Assembly: GCA_023213395.1 (NCBI GenBank)
Contig: CM041465.1
Location: 154,573,741 to 154,637,740 of the forward strand
Direction: 5' to 3'
Length of the DNA: 64,000 nt
Source: Cycas panzhihuaensis
Taxonomy: Eukaryota > Plantae > Cycadophyta
Made by a program: the position numbers and the translations under genes
Notes under the pieces: generated by a model
What the model was told of the DNA's origin: nothing
What the model saw: the letters and a program-made list of their open reading frames with translations, nothing else
The model's database searches: none
Shown: in pieces, positions 42,017 to 53,499 of the stretch
Numbering within the stretch: the stretch's first letter is position 1
How the letters are laid out: each line of letters begins with the position of its first letter

Positions 42017-43830
42017 TATGATATATTAGGCTTTGTTATAGGTGTAGTTCTTATACAAAACTTACATCCAATTACCTTTAAAAGTTGTAAACTTAAAAAC
42101 TGTAAGTATAAATTATCCACATACTAAAAAAAAATGAAGTCTATTCTCCATTCCATTGAGAAATAATGACAATATCTCCATGGATTTAAGTTTACCATCC
42201 TCATATATCATGATAGCCTTTGTCACTTATTAAACCAATTGATTCTCTTTGAGGAATAAGCCAAATGAGTGGAGTACCTCCAAGTCTTTGATTTCATAAT
42301 CATGTATAAGAAAGGCCAAGATAATGTAGTAGTAGATACTCTTTCCTACCTTCTTAATGACTTATGTCTTATTCCCTCATAAGATTCTTCCATTCATGCC
42401 ATCTCTAGTCCACATCCCATATGAGCGTAAGACCTAGTTCAATAAAAATAATCCCAATTAGATTATGGCAAATGGGCCAATAAAGTTTTCACTCAAGAAA
42501 AATGGTCCATTCAAAATAACCTCCTTCTATATAGGAAATACATATTTATCCATCCAACTTCTAAATTTATCCCTTAAATTCTAGTAGAATACCAATTTAC
42601 CCCATTAGTAGGTGATTCAAGTTTGTCAAAACTTACCAATAGATTTGTTTTGACTTCTTTTAGCTGTATATAAAAACATCTATTCTAATATTTATTTCTA
42701 AATATAATACATATCACTATAATAAAACTAATACTAAAGCCTAACCAAGTCTACTATAACCACTATATATTCTATGAGGGAAATGGCAAGACATTGCTAT
42801 GGGCTTTATTATTGGTCTCCCTTTATCTATTAGTTATGACTCTATATTAGTGGTTATTAACTTCTTGACCAAGTACATATGCTCTTTTCTAATCTACACT
42901 TTATATAAATCATTACATATTGTAGACCTCTATCTTTAAATAATATCTACTTTGCATGGTTTTCCATAAACCATAGTGTATGATTGAGATCTCAAATTTA
43001 CTAACTCCTTTTGGCAATAACTCTTTCATATTTTAGGTACTTCATTCAATATGAGTTTGGCCGACCACCCCAAAATGAATTGTTGATCAATATTTCTCAA
43101 CAAAACCCTAGAAACTTATTTATATTATTATGTTTTTTAGAACTGAAGTAGATGGTTATCATGGTTATCCCTAGTAGAATATTAGTATAATTCCTCTAAC
43201 CATGCAACTATAGGTATGTCACCATTCATGGCTATTTATAGGTATCATCACCATCCCACTATATGGTAGCCATTGATCTTTGTATTGTGATAGTATAATA
43301 AAAATTATAATTCAAGGAATAATACCCTCAAATAAAACCTACTTGTAACTCAAAATTATATGAATTAATTAGTAAATCTCTATTATTTAGATTGCTCCTT
43401 TAAAATTAATGATCTTTTATTCTTACATCTTCAACTATACAAATAATAGTCACTCAAACATCATAAGAATCATAAGCTCAACCCTCATTATTATAGTGCT
43501 TATTAAGTTCTCTAATATATCAATGATATAGCCTATACATTGAAACTCCTATCCAATACTAAGATTCATAATGTCTTCTAGGTTTCCTACCTCAAAAAAT
43601 ATCTTTGTAAGGGCTCAACCCCACAAATAGTCTTACCCATCTTGTATGAAATATAAATTCTCACTATACCTACTAAATGCATCTTAGCTAGCTGACAATG
43701 CCATATCTAAAATAGGATAATTACAAAGTATTTGATATAGTAGGTTAGTTGTGAATAAGATGAGGTGACCTAGAAATTAGTATACTTTATCAAGTATCAT
43801 CCATATTTTCTCTACTTTAGGGACTCAACA
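42017..43830 (+). pseudogene. G2 RNase H, integrase and C-terminal chromodomain
   Basis: ILGFVIGVVLIQ continues RNase H. KWQDIAMGFIIGLP (integrase). KIHNVF. CILAS..NRIITKYLI**..EVT*K..FIKYHP is chromodomain-like (~43670-43805). Confidence 0.85.
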
Positions 43831-46169
43831 TCTTAGGGGAGAGGACCTATTATATGACTGCATGCAGGTAGGAAAAATATGATGCTAACACTTATGGTTA
43901 AGATACTAGGAGGTTAACTACTAGTTATTAACTCTTATACTTGGGCCATTAAGGTCACCAATGAAATGTAAGGTCATTTGGCCTACTAATAGGATTATAA
44001 GGTGATTCCATGAAATTAGACCAAACCACTTAAGGGAACATGAAATAGGTAAAAGAAAGGATAGCAAGTTAAGAACTTAAGTGATATAGTTCAGAGGGAA
44101 CCTTCAACCCTTTTGTTAATGAGAAAGGATGATTCTCTAAGTGTGTGTTAGATGTGTAGGGGTGAGTGATGCAGTGTTGTTATAGTTCATAAAATTTTAT
44201 GCTAAAATAATAAATGAGAGGACATCAAAGAAAACATTAAGTAATAAATACATTTAATAAATTAATCTAATAAAATCCCCTTTTTATCTGAAAGAAAGCA
44301 CACAACCTCTTAATGGATAAGAGGGCCATTAAGGGAACCTTGTCCCATAATGAATATCCAAAGGTTTCTTATTTGTTTACTCTTCTAAAATATTTTCTAG
44401 AGAGTAAAGATCCTGTCTTAAATCACTAGTCTAGTCAAAAGGTTAAATTCTATATCATGTTAAGATAAATAAAGGGAGGACTAGTGAGTGCAAGGATCCA
44501 AGAGATCTTAGAACATGGATTAATGACCTTATCATGGGTGATCCACTATAGAATTCCTTACCCAATGATGATCCACCCATAAGGATGGATGGTTTGAAAA
44601 TGTTTGCATCTAATTCTAAGGGATTTGTACATTTAATGGCGAAGATAGATGAAGAGGAAGTCACTCTTAACCTAAAATATGATAACAATGTAACAATTTT
44701 AGCATTTAAAACATGTCTAAGAATAATAATTCTAAAGAAAGGAAAGTTTCTATATCAAGCATGTCAAATCCTAGTTAATCAAACTTCCCTTTATAAGGGG
44801 AAGTATTTATTCCTAAGAAAATGATAGGACTGATATACTTTGGATGCTAGGTCATAATTAATCAAATGAATCCTAGTTTAAAGGAATATGGCCTAGCTTA
44901 AGGGAACAAATATCAAGAAGTCTTAAATGTATAACTACCATGCAGTTTTAGTGTTGCATAAAGGTAGGAAAAACTGCAAATAATCATCCAAGAAAAAGAT
45001 ATCTTATTCTAATGCAATGCAAATATACTCTTATCATTTTTTTAAAAGTATGCCTAGAGAAGAAAAAAAGAGCTCTTCTAATGTACTTATATTTATCCTA
45101 GCTATTCTTTATTTTGCCCCTAAGAAGAAGATAATTGTGTCAACCAAAATCCTAAATTTAAGTAAAGAAGGAATTCAAAATGCATATTTATCTATTCTTT
45201 TCTTTCTTTTTAAAGATTTAAGAAAGCAACAAGTGAGTAAGAAAGGACTAACCTAATAATGAAAGATTATAGCATCCTTCATATAGTAACTTGACTTATC
45301 ATTTAAGATTCCAAGAAAGAGAGAAAAAAGGGTATTTTAACTATCACAAAGGTTAGAAGTCTAATAAAATCAAAATTCCTTATAAGTGTCCTTAATTCAA
45401 AAGCCTAGAAAAGAATACTTTTAATAAAGAAAAACTAACTAAAAGAAAATAGAGGAATAAAGGAATTTATAAGAGAGAAATTTGAGCAAAACCTACTTTG
45501 AATTCTTCTTTTATTCTCTTCTTTGAAAGTGGCTAATAAAATAAAGTTGAAAGACCTAATAGATAATTACCCATTCAAAGAAAAAATTAAGTATTGCCTA
45601 ATATCAATATCCATAACTTCTCTGAAATGTTCTTGAGTTGAGATTTCCAATTGGTTGAATATGAAAAAGGAGTAAAAGAAAAAGGGGAAGAGGATAAAGC
45701 TGAAAACAAGGAAAAAGAAAAGTGAGAGGGAGGAGAAATTTGAGAAGAAAGATAGATAAAAGAAGATAAGTCAACCCAATTTAAAAACTCTAAGCACTTT
45801 GGAAGAAAACTCCTCTTAGCTATAAAATTCTTTAAGTGATCTTTGAAAAAATAGAGAGATCCTCACTACTTTAAGATTCTTCTTCTTCTTATTTAAAACC
45901 TAGTCTAATTTCACTCCAACTTTACTTATGTTTTTTTTATTCCAAGCTTTCCTCAATTCTAAGTCTTTCTAAGTCGTCTTCATTCTTTCCTCTAGACTCT
46001 TTCTAATATACTTGACATGAGAGAATGGAACTCTATTTATAGAGGGAGATCTTAGAGAAATGGAGGGTAAAACTAATTAGATAACTAAGTTGTGGTTACC
46101 CGTGGTCTAGAATCCATACGAAAGAAACTATGACTTATTAGGCATATACTTTCATATGTGTAAAAGGGT

Positions 46170-46345
46170 GAAAAATGTGACTAATCACAAAAAATATGAC
46201 TAGTAATGAAAAGATAATAAATAAATGAAAAACATGATAAAATTACACTAAAAATATGATCAAAATAAAGCTCATATTTTTATTTATACGGTTATATTTT
46301 TAGGCAGAATGAAAAATGTGACCTCTAGTTGAAAAATGTGATTAA
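46170..46345. repeat. Cluster of AAAAAYRTGAY motifs
   Basis: About 6 forward copies (46171, 46190, 46228, 46250, 46312, 46332) and 2 reverse copies (46271, 46291). Confidence 0.8.
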
Positions 46346-47199
46346 CAAAAAATGGGTACAAAATGGATATTTTTCAAAAAATAAATAAAATTTTTTAAAT
46401 AAAATTTATCATAAAGTAATGATTTGTTTAACAAAGGGTAGTCAAGTTATAAAATTAAGAACTAAAGAGAAAAATAACTCATCAAATCATCAACGAAGTA
46501 GACAAGAAACAATGACTGGGAGCATTTGGATTGATCCTTAAATTAATTGACATTTTTATGATCTTTGCATCATTAACAACATAAGTCAAGCACAAGAATA
46601 ATTAGTATGAATTCATTCAACCATAATGCCAAGTAGTTATTATATTACTATGCAATCAAATAATCAAACCCCAATAACAAACATAAAGGTAATAGACCTA
46701 GTCAATGCAAAAAGGATGGTGTAGTTAATTGAAACATTTACCACCATTAGCAATTGAAGATCTATGAATGAAAATAAGTGAGTTTTGGCCTTGATTTTAG
46801 TCAAAAACTTTTTCGAGAGCATTTTAGTGATGAGCAAGAGCTTTAGAAATACAGGTCTGTTAGGGGAGTATAGTTTATATTTATATTAAGGAGAAGAAAA
46901 GGATTCATTTGTGATCAATGAGAGTTGAGTTTAGGGTCTTGTTAGAGACATTTTTTCTATTTGTAGGAGATCCAACCATTAGATTCTTAAGTAGAGAGAT
47001 ATAAGAGGTCTAGGACAAGGAGATGGTTTGATAGATACAATACCCAGTGAGTTCCCGTGCCCTTATTTCTTTTTTATTTTATGACTTTTATTTGAAAAAG
47101 ATAAACTTTAGCTTCAAAAATATAAGCTCACAAGTGAGAAAAGAAAAACTCAGATTGAAAAATATAGTCTTAAACATGAAAAATATAATCAAGAAAATT

Positions 47200-47335
47200 A
47201 GTCATGTTTTTACTATTAAATTGATTGTATTTTTCAATGTGAGATCATAATTTTCAAATGGAGGTCATGTTTCTCAAATGAAAGTCATGTTTTTCAAAAG
47301 AAGATCACATTTTTTTAAAATGTCATATTTTTTAG
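47200..47335. repeat. ~20 bp period tandem array of RTCAYRTTTTTC, the reverse complement of the 46170 motif
   Basis: gagatcataattttcaaatg / gaggtcatgtttctcaaatg / aaagtcatgtttttcaaaag / aagatcacattttttt / tgtcatatttttt. Confidence 0.82.
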
Positions 47336-47539
47336 TTGAAATGTAATTGATAAGAAGTTTTAGATTTTAGATTGATGAAAAGTTTTTAAAACTCAGTTTC
47401 TTAAAATTTGAATATTACTAATATGTTTGTTTAATTTGTATGGTAGAGATTGGGTTAGATTGACACTTAGGAAAATGAGAGAACCAAATTGGATATGATA
47501 CTTAAGATATTAACTTTGGTAAAGAGCTAGACTCTTCAC

Positions 47540-48560
47540 CAATGTGGGATGGATTGAGTGAGAGGGTAAGTTCAACTAGTTATAGAGATAGACACCCTCA
47601 AGGATCTAGTTAGTCATTAGGTTCCTAGAGAGAATGTCTTTCATTTTAGGGGATTAGAAGACTTACAACTTGAGATGAGAGAGATAAGAAGGATTCTTAG
47701 AGTTTCATGATGAGGACAAAGTATGGCTCCATTGAGAGTGGTAGATGAGAATGAGTAGACTATGGTGAGTTAGTATATGATTGGGAGGTTGTGCACATGG
47801 GTCATCATAAATTTAGTGTTATGGCCCTTAGACAAGCCATAGATATTCCCATTATCAAGAAGGTCATAACATTAATCATTTTATTCCAATTGGCATGAAC
47901 TCAAAATTTTATAATTTTTCCATGTCAGCAGATGAGATTGGTTCAATAGTGTGAGTTGGAAGTGAGGTATAATTATACATAGTATATGGTTAGTAGTATG
48001 CATCACCAGTTGTTTTAGATTCATTATAATAGCAAGGGTGGATTATCTTACTTATCTATCCTATTATGTTTGTTGTATGATCATATTCCATTGATCTAAC
48101 TAATAAGGGTACCAAGTGAGTTGAACACTATGGTTCTGATTATGAACTAATGGCATATGAAGCTCATGTACTTAGGGAGGGTGGGCACATACGTTGCATA
48201 GTCTCAAGCTATAGAGGATGACTTATAACCAATGGGCTATAAATCCATATGATGGGATGTCCCCTTAGTCAGATGATGAGGGGAATGTGGTTGTAGGTTT
48301 GTGTGTAGGAGTGCCACCCTCTCTCCTAGGAGTAAGAGGAGAAGAGATTATTCATAAGGATGGTAAGGGTAGTGGTTGTGAGGTAGAAGGAGCTCCTAAG
48401 GGAGGTGGTAGAGCTAATGACCCAATTGTGGCTCAAGGAGGTGACACAGGAGGAGATGGAGTTAGTGCAGAGGATATCATAAGCATGCACATCTTGAGGA
48501 GATTACAGAGTTAAGAGTGGTTGCAAGGCTAACTGAGGGTGCACAAGACATAAACTATAT
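47540..48560 (+). pseudogene. Plant mobile domain (PMD, aminotransferase-like) protein remnant, antisense to F pol
   Basis: From 47588: IDTLKDLVSH*VPRENVFHFRGLEDLQLEMREIRRILRV, resembling PMD ALVERW.PET.TFH...GEMTITL.DV..IL. Later come EVRYNYT*YMVSSMHHQLF and LLYDHIPL motifs in the expected order, then a Gly/Asp/Glu-rich tail (ORF 48287-48514). Confidence 0.65.
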
Positions 48561-49663
48561 GTATATTATTTTGTTTAATGATTCAAATTTGAGTTATTAA
48601 GGCTTATAGTTATGTGATTGTTATTATGATGATGGAATAACTAATTGGTTTTATGTTGATTATATATAAATAGAGATAGTTTGGATGGAGCCTTTATGAG
48701 ATCCACCCTTGATAGGCTTTGTCTTTTGTAAATAGACTAGGATAACTATCAATATGGCAAGATGGCAATTTAGAGTTTTTGGGTCCTTATACATAATATT
48801 TTGTGCTTGTTATTAGAGCTAGAGATATGTACAAAGCATTAGTGGCTCATATGAGGATATAAGAGGATAAATTATGAGTACAATTAGTTATTCATGAGGA
48901 TGAGTTATAGGGTTACTTAGTTTTTCATGAGGTAAAGCTACAAAGGAAGTTGGCTACTCAAGATGCATAACTGAGTGGTTTATAGGTGTAACTTAAGGCT
49001 ATTAATGATGAGAGGCAATATCTATGAAGGATGTCCATCCTATAAGTAGGTAGATAACTTATCCTATTAGCTAGTTAAAGTACACAGTAGTGGTATATTA
49101 CCATATAGAGGGGAGAGGGGTCTTGTACTTATGGATGATAAGTGGAGGGAGGTTAAGGTAGTTTCGAGTAGCCTTAGTATTTGATGTTATTATTTCCTCC
49201 TAAAATGGGAGATATTGATGTATTTTAATATATACTAGGGTCTATGTATAATGTATATTATTCCTAATATATACATTCTTTATATATGATGTGCATTACA
49301 TTTTCTATTATGATTGAATGACTCTTAACCTTGATTGGCACTGTCCCAATATGTCCCCTAATATAATGAGAGTAAATTAGAAGTGTTAATTTGGATATTT
49401 TCCTTTTAGTGATGGTCATGTCATGTGTGGAAGTATGATAGTTATATATACATCTTTGATTTATATTTTTAAGTATGCAATTTGATTTTATGATACTCTT
49501 ATGAATGTTTAGTGATGAGTTTATTTATATTAGTTTATACTCATTTTTGTGTAAAATGTTCATTACTAGAAATAGATATGACTACCATGGTTTAGACTCT
49601 ATATATAGAAAAATAGGTCATGAGAAGATTAGTAAGGTAAATTATAGTTTTAAGGGATGAAAT

Positions 49664-49826
49664 AGGTATAACTAGATATGACCAAGTATAACTTAGAATA
49701 TGACCAACTACAATTAAGTACAACTTAGAGTGTAATCACGCATAACTAGGTACAACCTAAAGAATGAACAAGTATAACTAGGTATAATGTAGAGTATGCC
49801 TAGGTACAACTTAGAGTATAACTAGG
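49664..49826. repeat. Degenerate 11/22 bp tandem array (AGGTAYAACTT/AGAGTATGACY), left part
   Basis: Repeated aggtataact, ttagagtatgac and aggtacaact units. Confidence 0.85.
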
Positions 49827-52800
49827 AATTTCCTAGCTACCAAGAATAGACATGGATCACACCTCTTAGGTACGCATAGGTATACATATCTACACCCTTC
49901 TCCTCATTCATTTCATGACTTGTTGAGATGTTTTATGGTTACATTTTATGTGACATTGGTATGTACATAGTTGTAATGCCTGGTTTGTCTACCTATTTTG
50001 TGCCTGCGATTGTGATCCAGCCTATCATGACGTCCTATGGCACCACACAACCCCTAATGACACCTTCCTAGTACTATGGGATACTTGTGGGCCCCTGCAA
50101 CTCACTTTTTACTCATGTTTAGCAGCATATATGAGTTCTAATACATTATTTTGGCTCGATTACCTTTTTGTACAATTTACATTCCTCAGTGAGGCATCTT
50201 TTACACCTTTTTGCATATTTCAGAGACCCCATCACTACTTAGAGGTCCTCTAAAACCCTTACCAGTCCAACATATCTTATTTTTGCAACCCTGGGACTCT
50301 TCTCTTAGCAGTCTTTTAGGCTCTTTTTTTAATTTTTGGCTATATTTAGTTCACATCATAATACTATTCATAGTACTATACTAAACTTTGTAATACCATA
50401 AAGTTTGCCATGGGGTAATAGTTTATTGACTTCTGTGGCATGGCAACAGTTAGTTTCACATTTATTACAAAACTGACACACGAAAGACCACTCTTTCCTA
50501 CCCATAGTGAACTATAATCACTTGAGAACCCTAATTAGGACATAAAAACCTAAATCTGAGTTGATTTTACCTTTCTTCGCTCTCAAACAAAAGAAAAAAT
50601 GCCTCCCATCTATATTTTTTATCCTTCTTCTCGTTCTCTTCTTCTAAAAGGGTAAAAACCCTAAAATGTAGGTCTGAACTAGACCTCCTTCAATAGATTC
50701 TTCCTCCCTTGTGCTCACTCCAGTAGTAGCAGTAGGATTCCAAGGCTTTGAGTCTCCTCCTAACCTTTAAAGAGGCCCTTCTTCACCTAACAAGTGAGAT
50801 TTCCAACTCTCCTTGTTTGCTCCTAAGGTAACACTTATTTTACTTCAGTTTTTGGCTAAAAATAGGTCTATTTCTACTATTTTTCTTCTTTAGAAAGTGT
50901 GTTTATGTAGTAATATCATTTGCTATAGGTTTTAGCATATATTACACTTCTTTTTTATGATTAAAGGAAGGTAAACCCTTCATTTCTTCATTGGTTGCAC
51001 CTCTAAACCCCTTGGGTCCTCTTTGGTTATAGTTAGGTGGATTGTAGGATACCCTAGAGAAGGACACAAGGAGCTAATGACTTGAGTTATGACTCCAAAA
51101 GCCATATCCTCTAGGGTAGCACCCTACTTCTCAAAGTTTTGTATGTCATATCCATTCTACAAGCTAAGAAATCCCCCTTAGGTGAGGGTCTTTTCATGAT
51201 TGTAGCATTTGTAGCACTTGTAGCACTTACAATCATCCCACATATGTATTATCCAAACATAATCTACATCATGCACCTTAGTTCTCATGGTATTTACTTC
51301 CTCTTTGCATGTTTTACAAAAGTTGTAGCATTACAACTTTTGTAACATTTGTTGTTTTTTACATCTTTTACAACTTCTTGCATCATTTAGTATTTCTTGT
51401 AAGTTTTTTTACTTTTGGTTGCTTAAAGCTTTCAATCCCTGTCTAACATACTCTTGCAGTACCTGATCACACAGGAGGTGGCCTATTTGAGGGAGCTAGC
51501 CATTCTGAGGCTATCCCTTTTCTTACTTTTAAAGCCCCCTTGTTTTCCCTAGAAATTATTGGAAACATTTTTACTTATAAGGAAAGCTATGGATTGTATT
51601 ATTCCTCTCTTTCAAAATATTAAGCAAGCTTTAACTCCACTTTAGTAAGCATATACACACACATCAACGTATACATGTACATGCATACACTTGCTTATTA
51701 TTGAAAGGGTTTGTTCATATGAGAAACACCACTCCTCTTGAGCAAGCAGGATTGTGTTGTAAACCAAGAGGTATGTTCATCTTTTTACATTTATGTTTCC
51801 TAGAATCTTTCATTTAATTTTCCTATACTTTTATAATATACTTCAGGGAAGGTAAGGAAGCCCCACCCACGACTACATCCACAATGTCTACTATGACTTG
51901 GAGCACGAGACGATGGGTGAAAGGAAAATGAAGAGGAGAAGAAGATGCATTTCACTAACAAGTTCATTCCCATGTGCACTTCTTCCAACTTATCTCCCCC
52001 TTCTTTCTTCCTTGGTTCCTCCCCCTTCTTCCTTCAAAGGAACCTAGTCATGTTTACATGTAGATTACAATTACTTGCTTGTATGCTTGCATTCACCAAA
52101 GGGAAACATAAAAGGAACATATTTATATTCCTACACAAGGATCCTGTCCTTCCTTTTCACTTACATAAGCATAAAAAGGGTAGTTTGAACAAGTGCACTT
52201 CTTGTTTCTTCCCCTCAGAAAGAAAGTAAACAAACCAACCGAAAGACTTTCCTTTTCTTACTACACTCCATTTTTGCATTTCATATGCATGCACAGGTAT
52301 AAGAGTAGAATTAGGGAAGTGTAATTTGGTTGGGAATGTTATTCTTCCTTGTATTACTAAGAAAGATTGCATAGATCATTTGTACTTTTTCTCTCCCTTA
52401 CACCCCCCATTTTCCTTTAAATTAATCTTCTATCAATAAAGGAAAAGAAAGAGAAGATAGGAAAGAGATAGAGTATATGTGTATGTTCTTATTAGGTTAT
52501 ATTCATGTCTAGCATCAATACTTTAAACTCTTATATCATCACCATCTTATAATCAAGACAAAAGACTCTATTTAGACCTATAACATAATTGAGCAACCAT
52601 TCCTTTCATATCAAACCCTAGAGGCATCCCCTTTAGGTGACCTTCAACAAAACTTGCCATTAGTCTTAATTCCCGAATTTGGTCTCCACAAACTAAATCC
52701 CTTCCTCACCTCTCAATCAACAACTCCTTTACTTGTCCTTTAGATCCCTATCTTATTAGGGCCTCCTATTTTTCCTTCCCCTCTTCCTTGGAAGAGGGTC

Positions 52801-53082
52801 TTAATCTTTTCTCTCCTTCCTTCTACCATTAGGATAGGAGAGTCCTATCCCAAGCTACTTGGAAAACTAAGGACGCCCTTGCCTAACCTAGCTCCTAGAA
52901 GGTGCCTGTCAAAAGGGAAGATCTTGTGTACTATTTATTGGTCTCTGAACCTATGTTCCAACACATGAACACCCTTTATGGGTGACTTATCCCCTTCTCG
53001 ATGACCCCTTAAGTCCCTGATATAATGATAGTGTTGGATTAAGTATCCTTATCATTAGTGACCCCCTAAAGGTGTGCTTCCA
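49824..53082. mobile_element. Insertion H, probable long solo LTR (~3.26 kb)
   Basis: Splits the tandem array. Ends look inverted (..GGAA / TTCCA). No gag-pol motifs. Has AAACCCTAA and CT-rich promoter-like tracts. Retains more CG/CHG than its flanks. TSD not clear. Confidence 0.6.
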
Positions 53083-53083
53083 T

Positions 53084-53205
53084 TACGTACAACCTAGAGT
53101 ATGACTAGGTGTAACTCAGAACAACTTAGAGTGTTACCAAATATAACTAGGTATAACTTAGAGTATGATTAGGTCACAATTTGGCAGCTCAAGTGTAACC
53201 TAAGA
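53084..53205. repeat. Right part of the same 11/22 bp tandem array
   Basis: gtacaacctagagtatgactagg..aggtataacttagagtatgattagg. Confidence 0.85.
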
Positions 53206-53499
53206 CTAAAATTATACTCCACTTTACTCTAAAAAACCCCTAAATCTTTTGTGACTCATCTCCCACATATAAGAATAAGTAGTATCTAGAATTCCCAAGG
53301 GGAGGACACCAAGATTTAAGGTGGGTCACCATCGTTTAGCCTCATTAGTGGTCATCTTTCAAAGGAAGAATTGTTTTAGGCTCATCTTGGAACCAAATTT
53401 TTAGTTTTTTAAAGTTTTGTATTTTTTATATACTTTTGTTGTTTTATGTTATTTTTATGATTTTTACATAATCTTACAAGGAAAGAAAATGGATAAACT

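Larger units (their letters stand above)
22715..44002 (+). mobile_element. Ty3/Gypsy chromovirus G2, host of D, E and F
   Basis: 5' LTR ~22715-23113, PBS TGGTATTAGAG at 23116-23126, gag-PR-RT-RH-INT-chromodomain ~32310-43830, PPT AGGGGAGAGGA at 43835-43845. The 3' LTR starts at 43848 (shares ACTTATGGTTAAGATACTA with the 5' LTR) and is cut at 44002 by F. Confidence 0.88.
44003..53258 (-). repeat. Putative ~6 kb 3' LTR of F (9.26 kb including insertion H)
   Basis: The left end matches the PBS-adjacent LTR copy. The right end is inferred from GACTCA (near-inverted match to the TGATTC start) followed by PPT revcomp TCTCCCAC (53259-53266). Only the first ~740 bp can be confirmed against the second copy. 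Confidence 0.5.

Noticed and set aside
49664-49826. Possible CRISPR-like array
   Set aside because: Contiguous degenerate units with no unique spacers, no cas genes, and a eukaryotic retroelement context.
51139-52372. Short ORFs inside H
   Set aside because: Low-complexity, overlapping on both strands, and no domain motifs.
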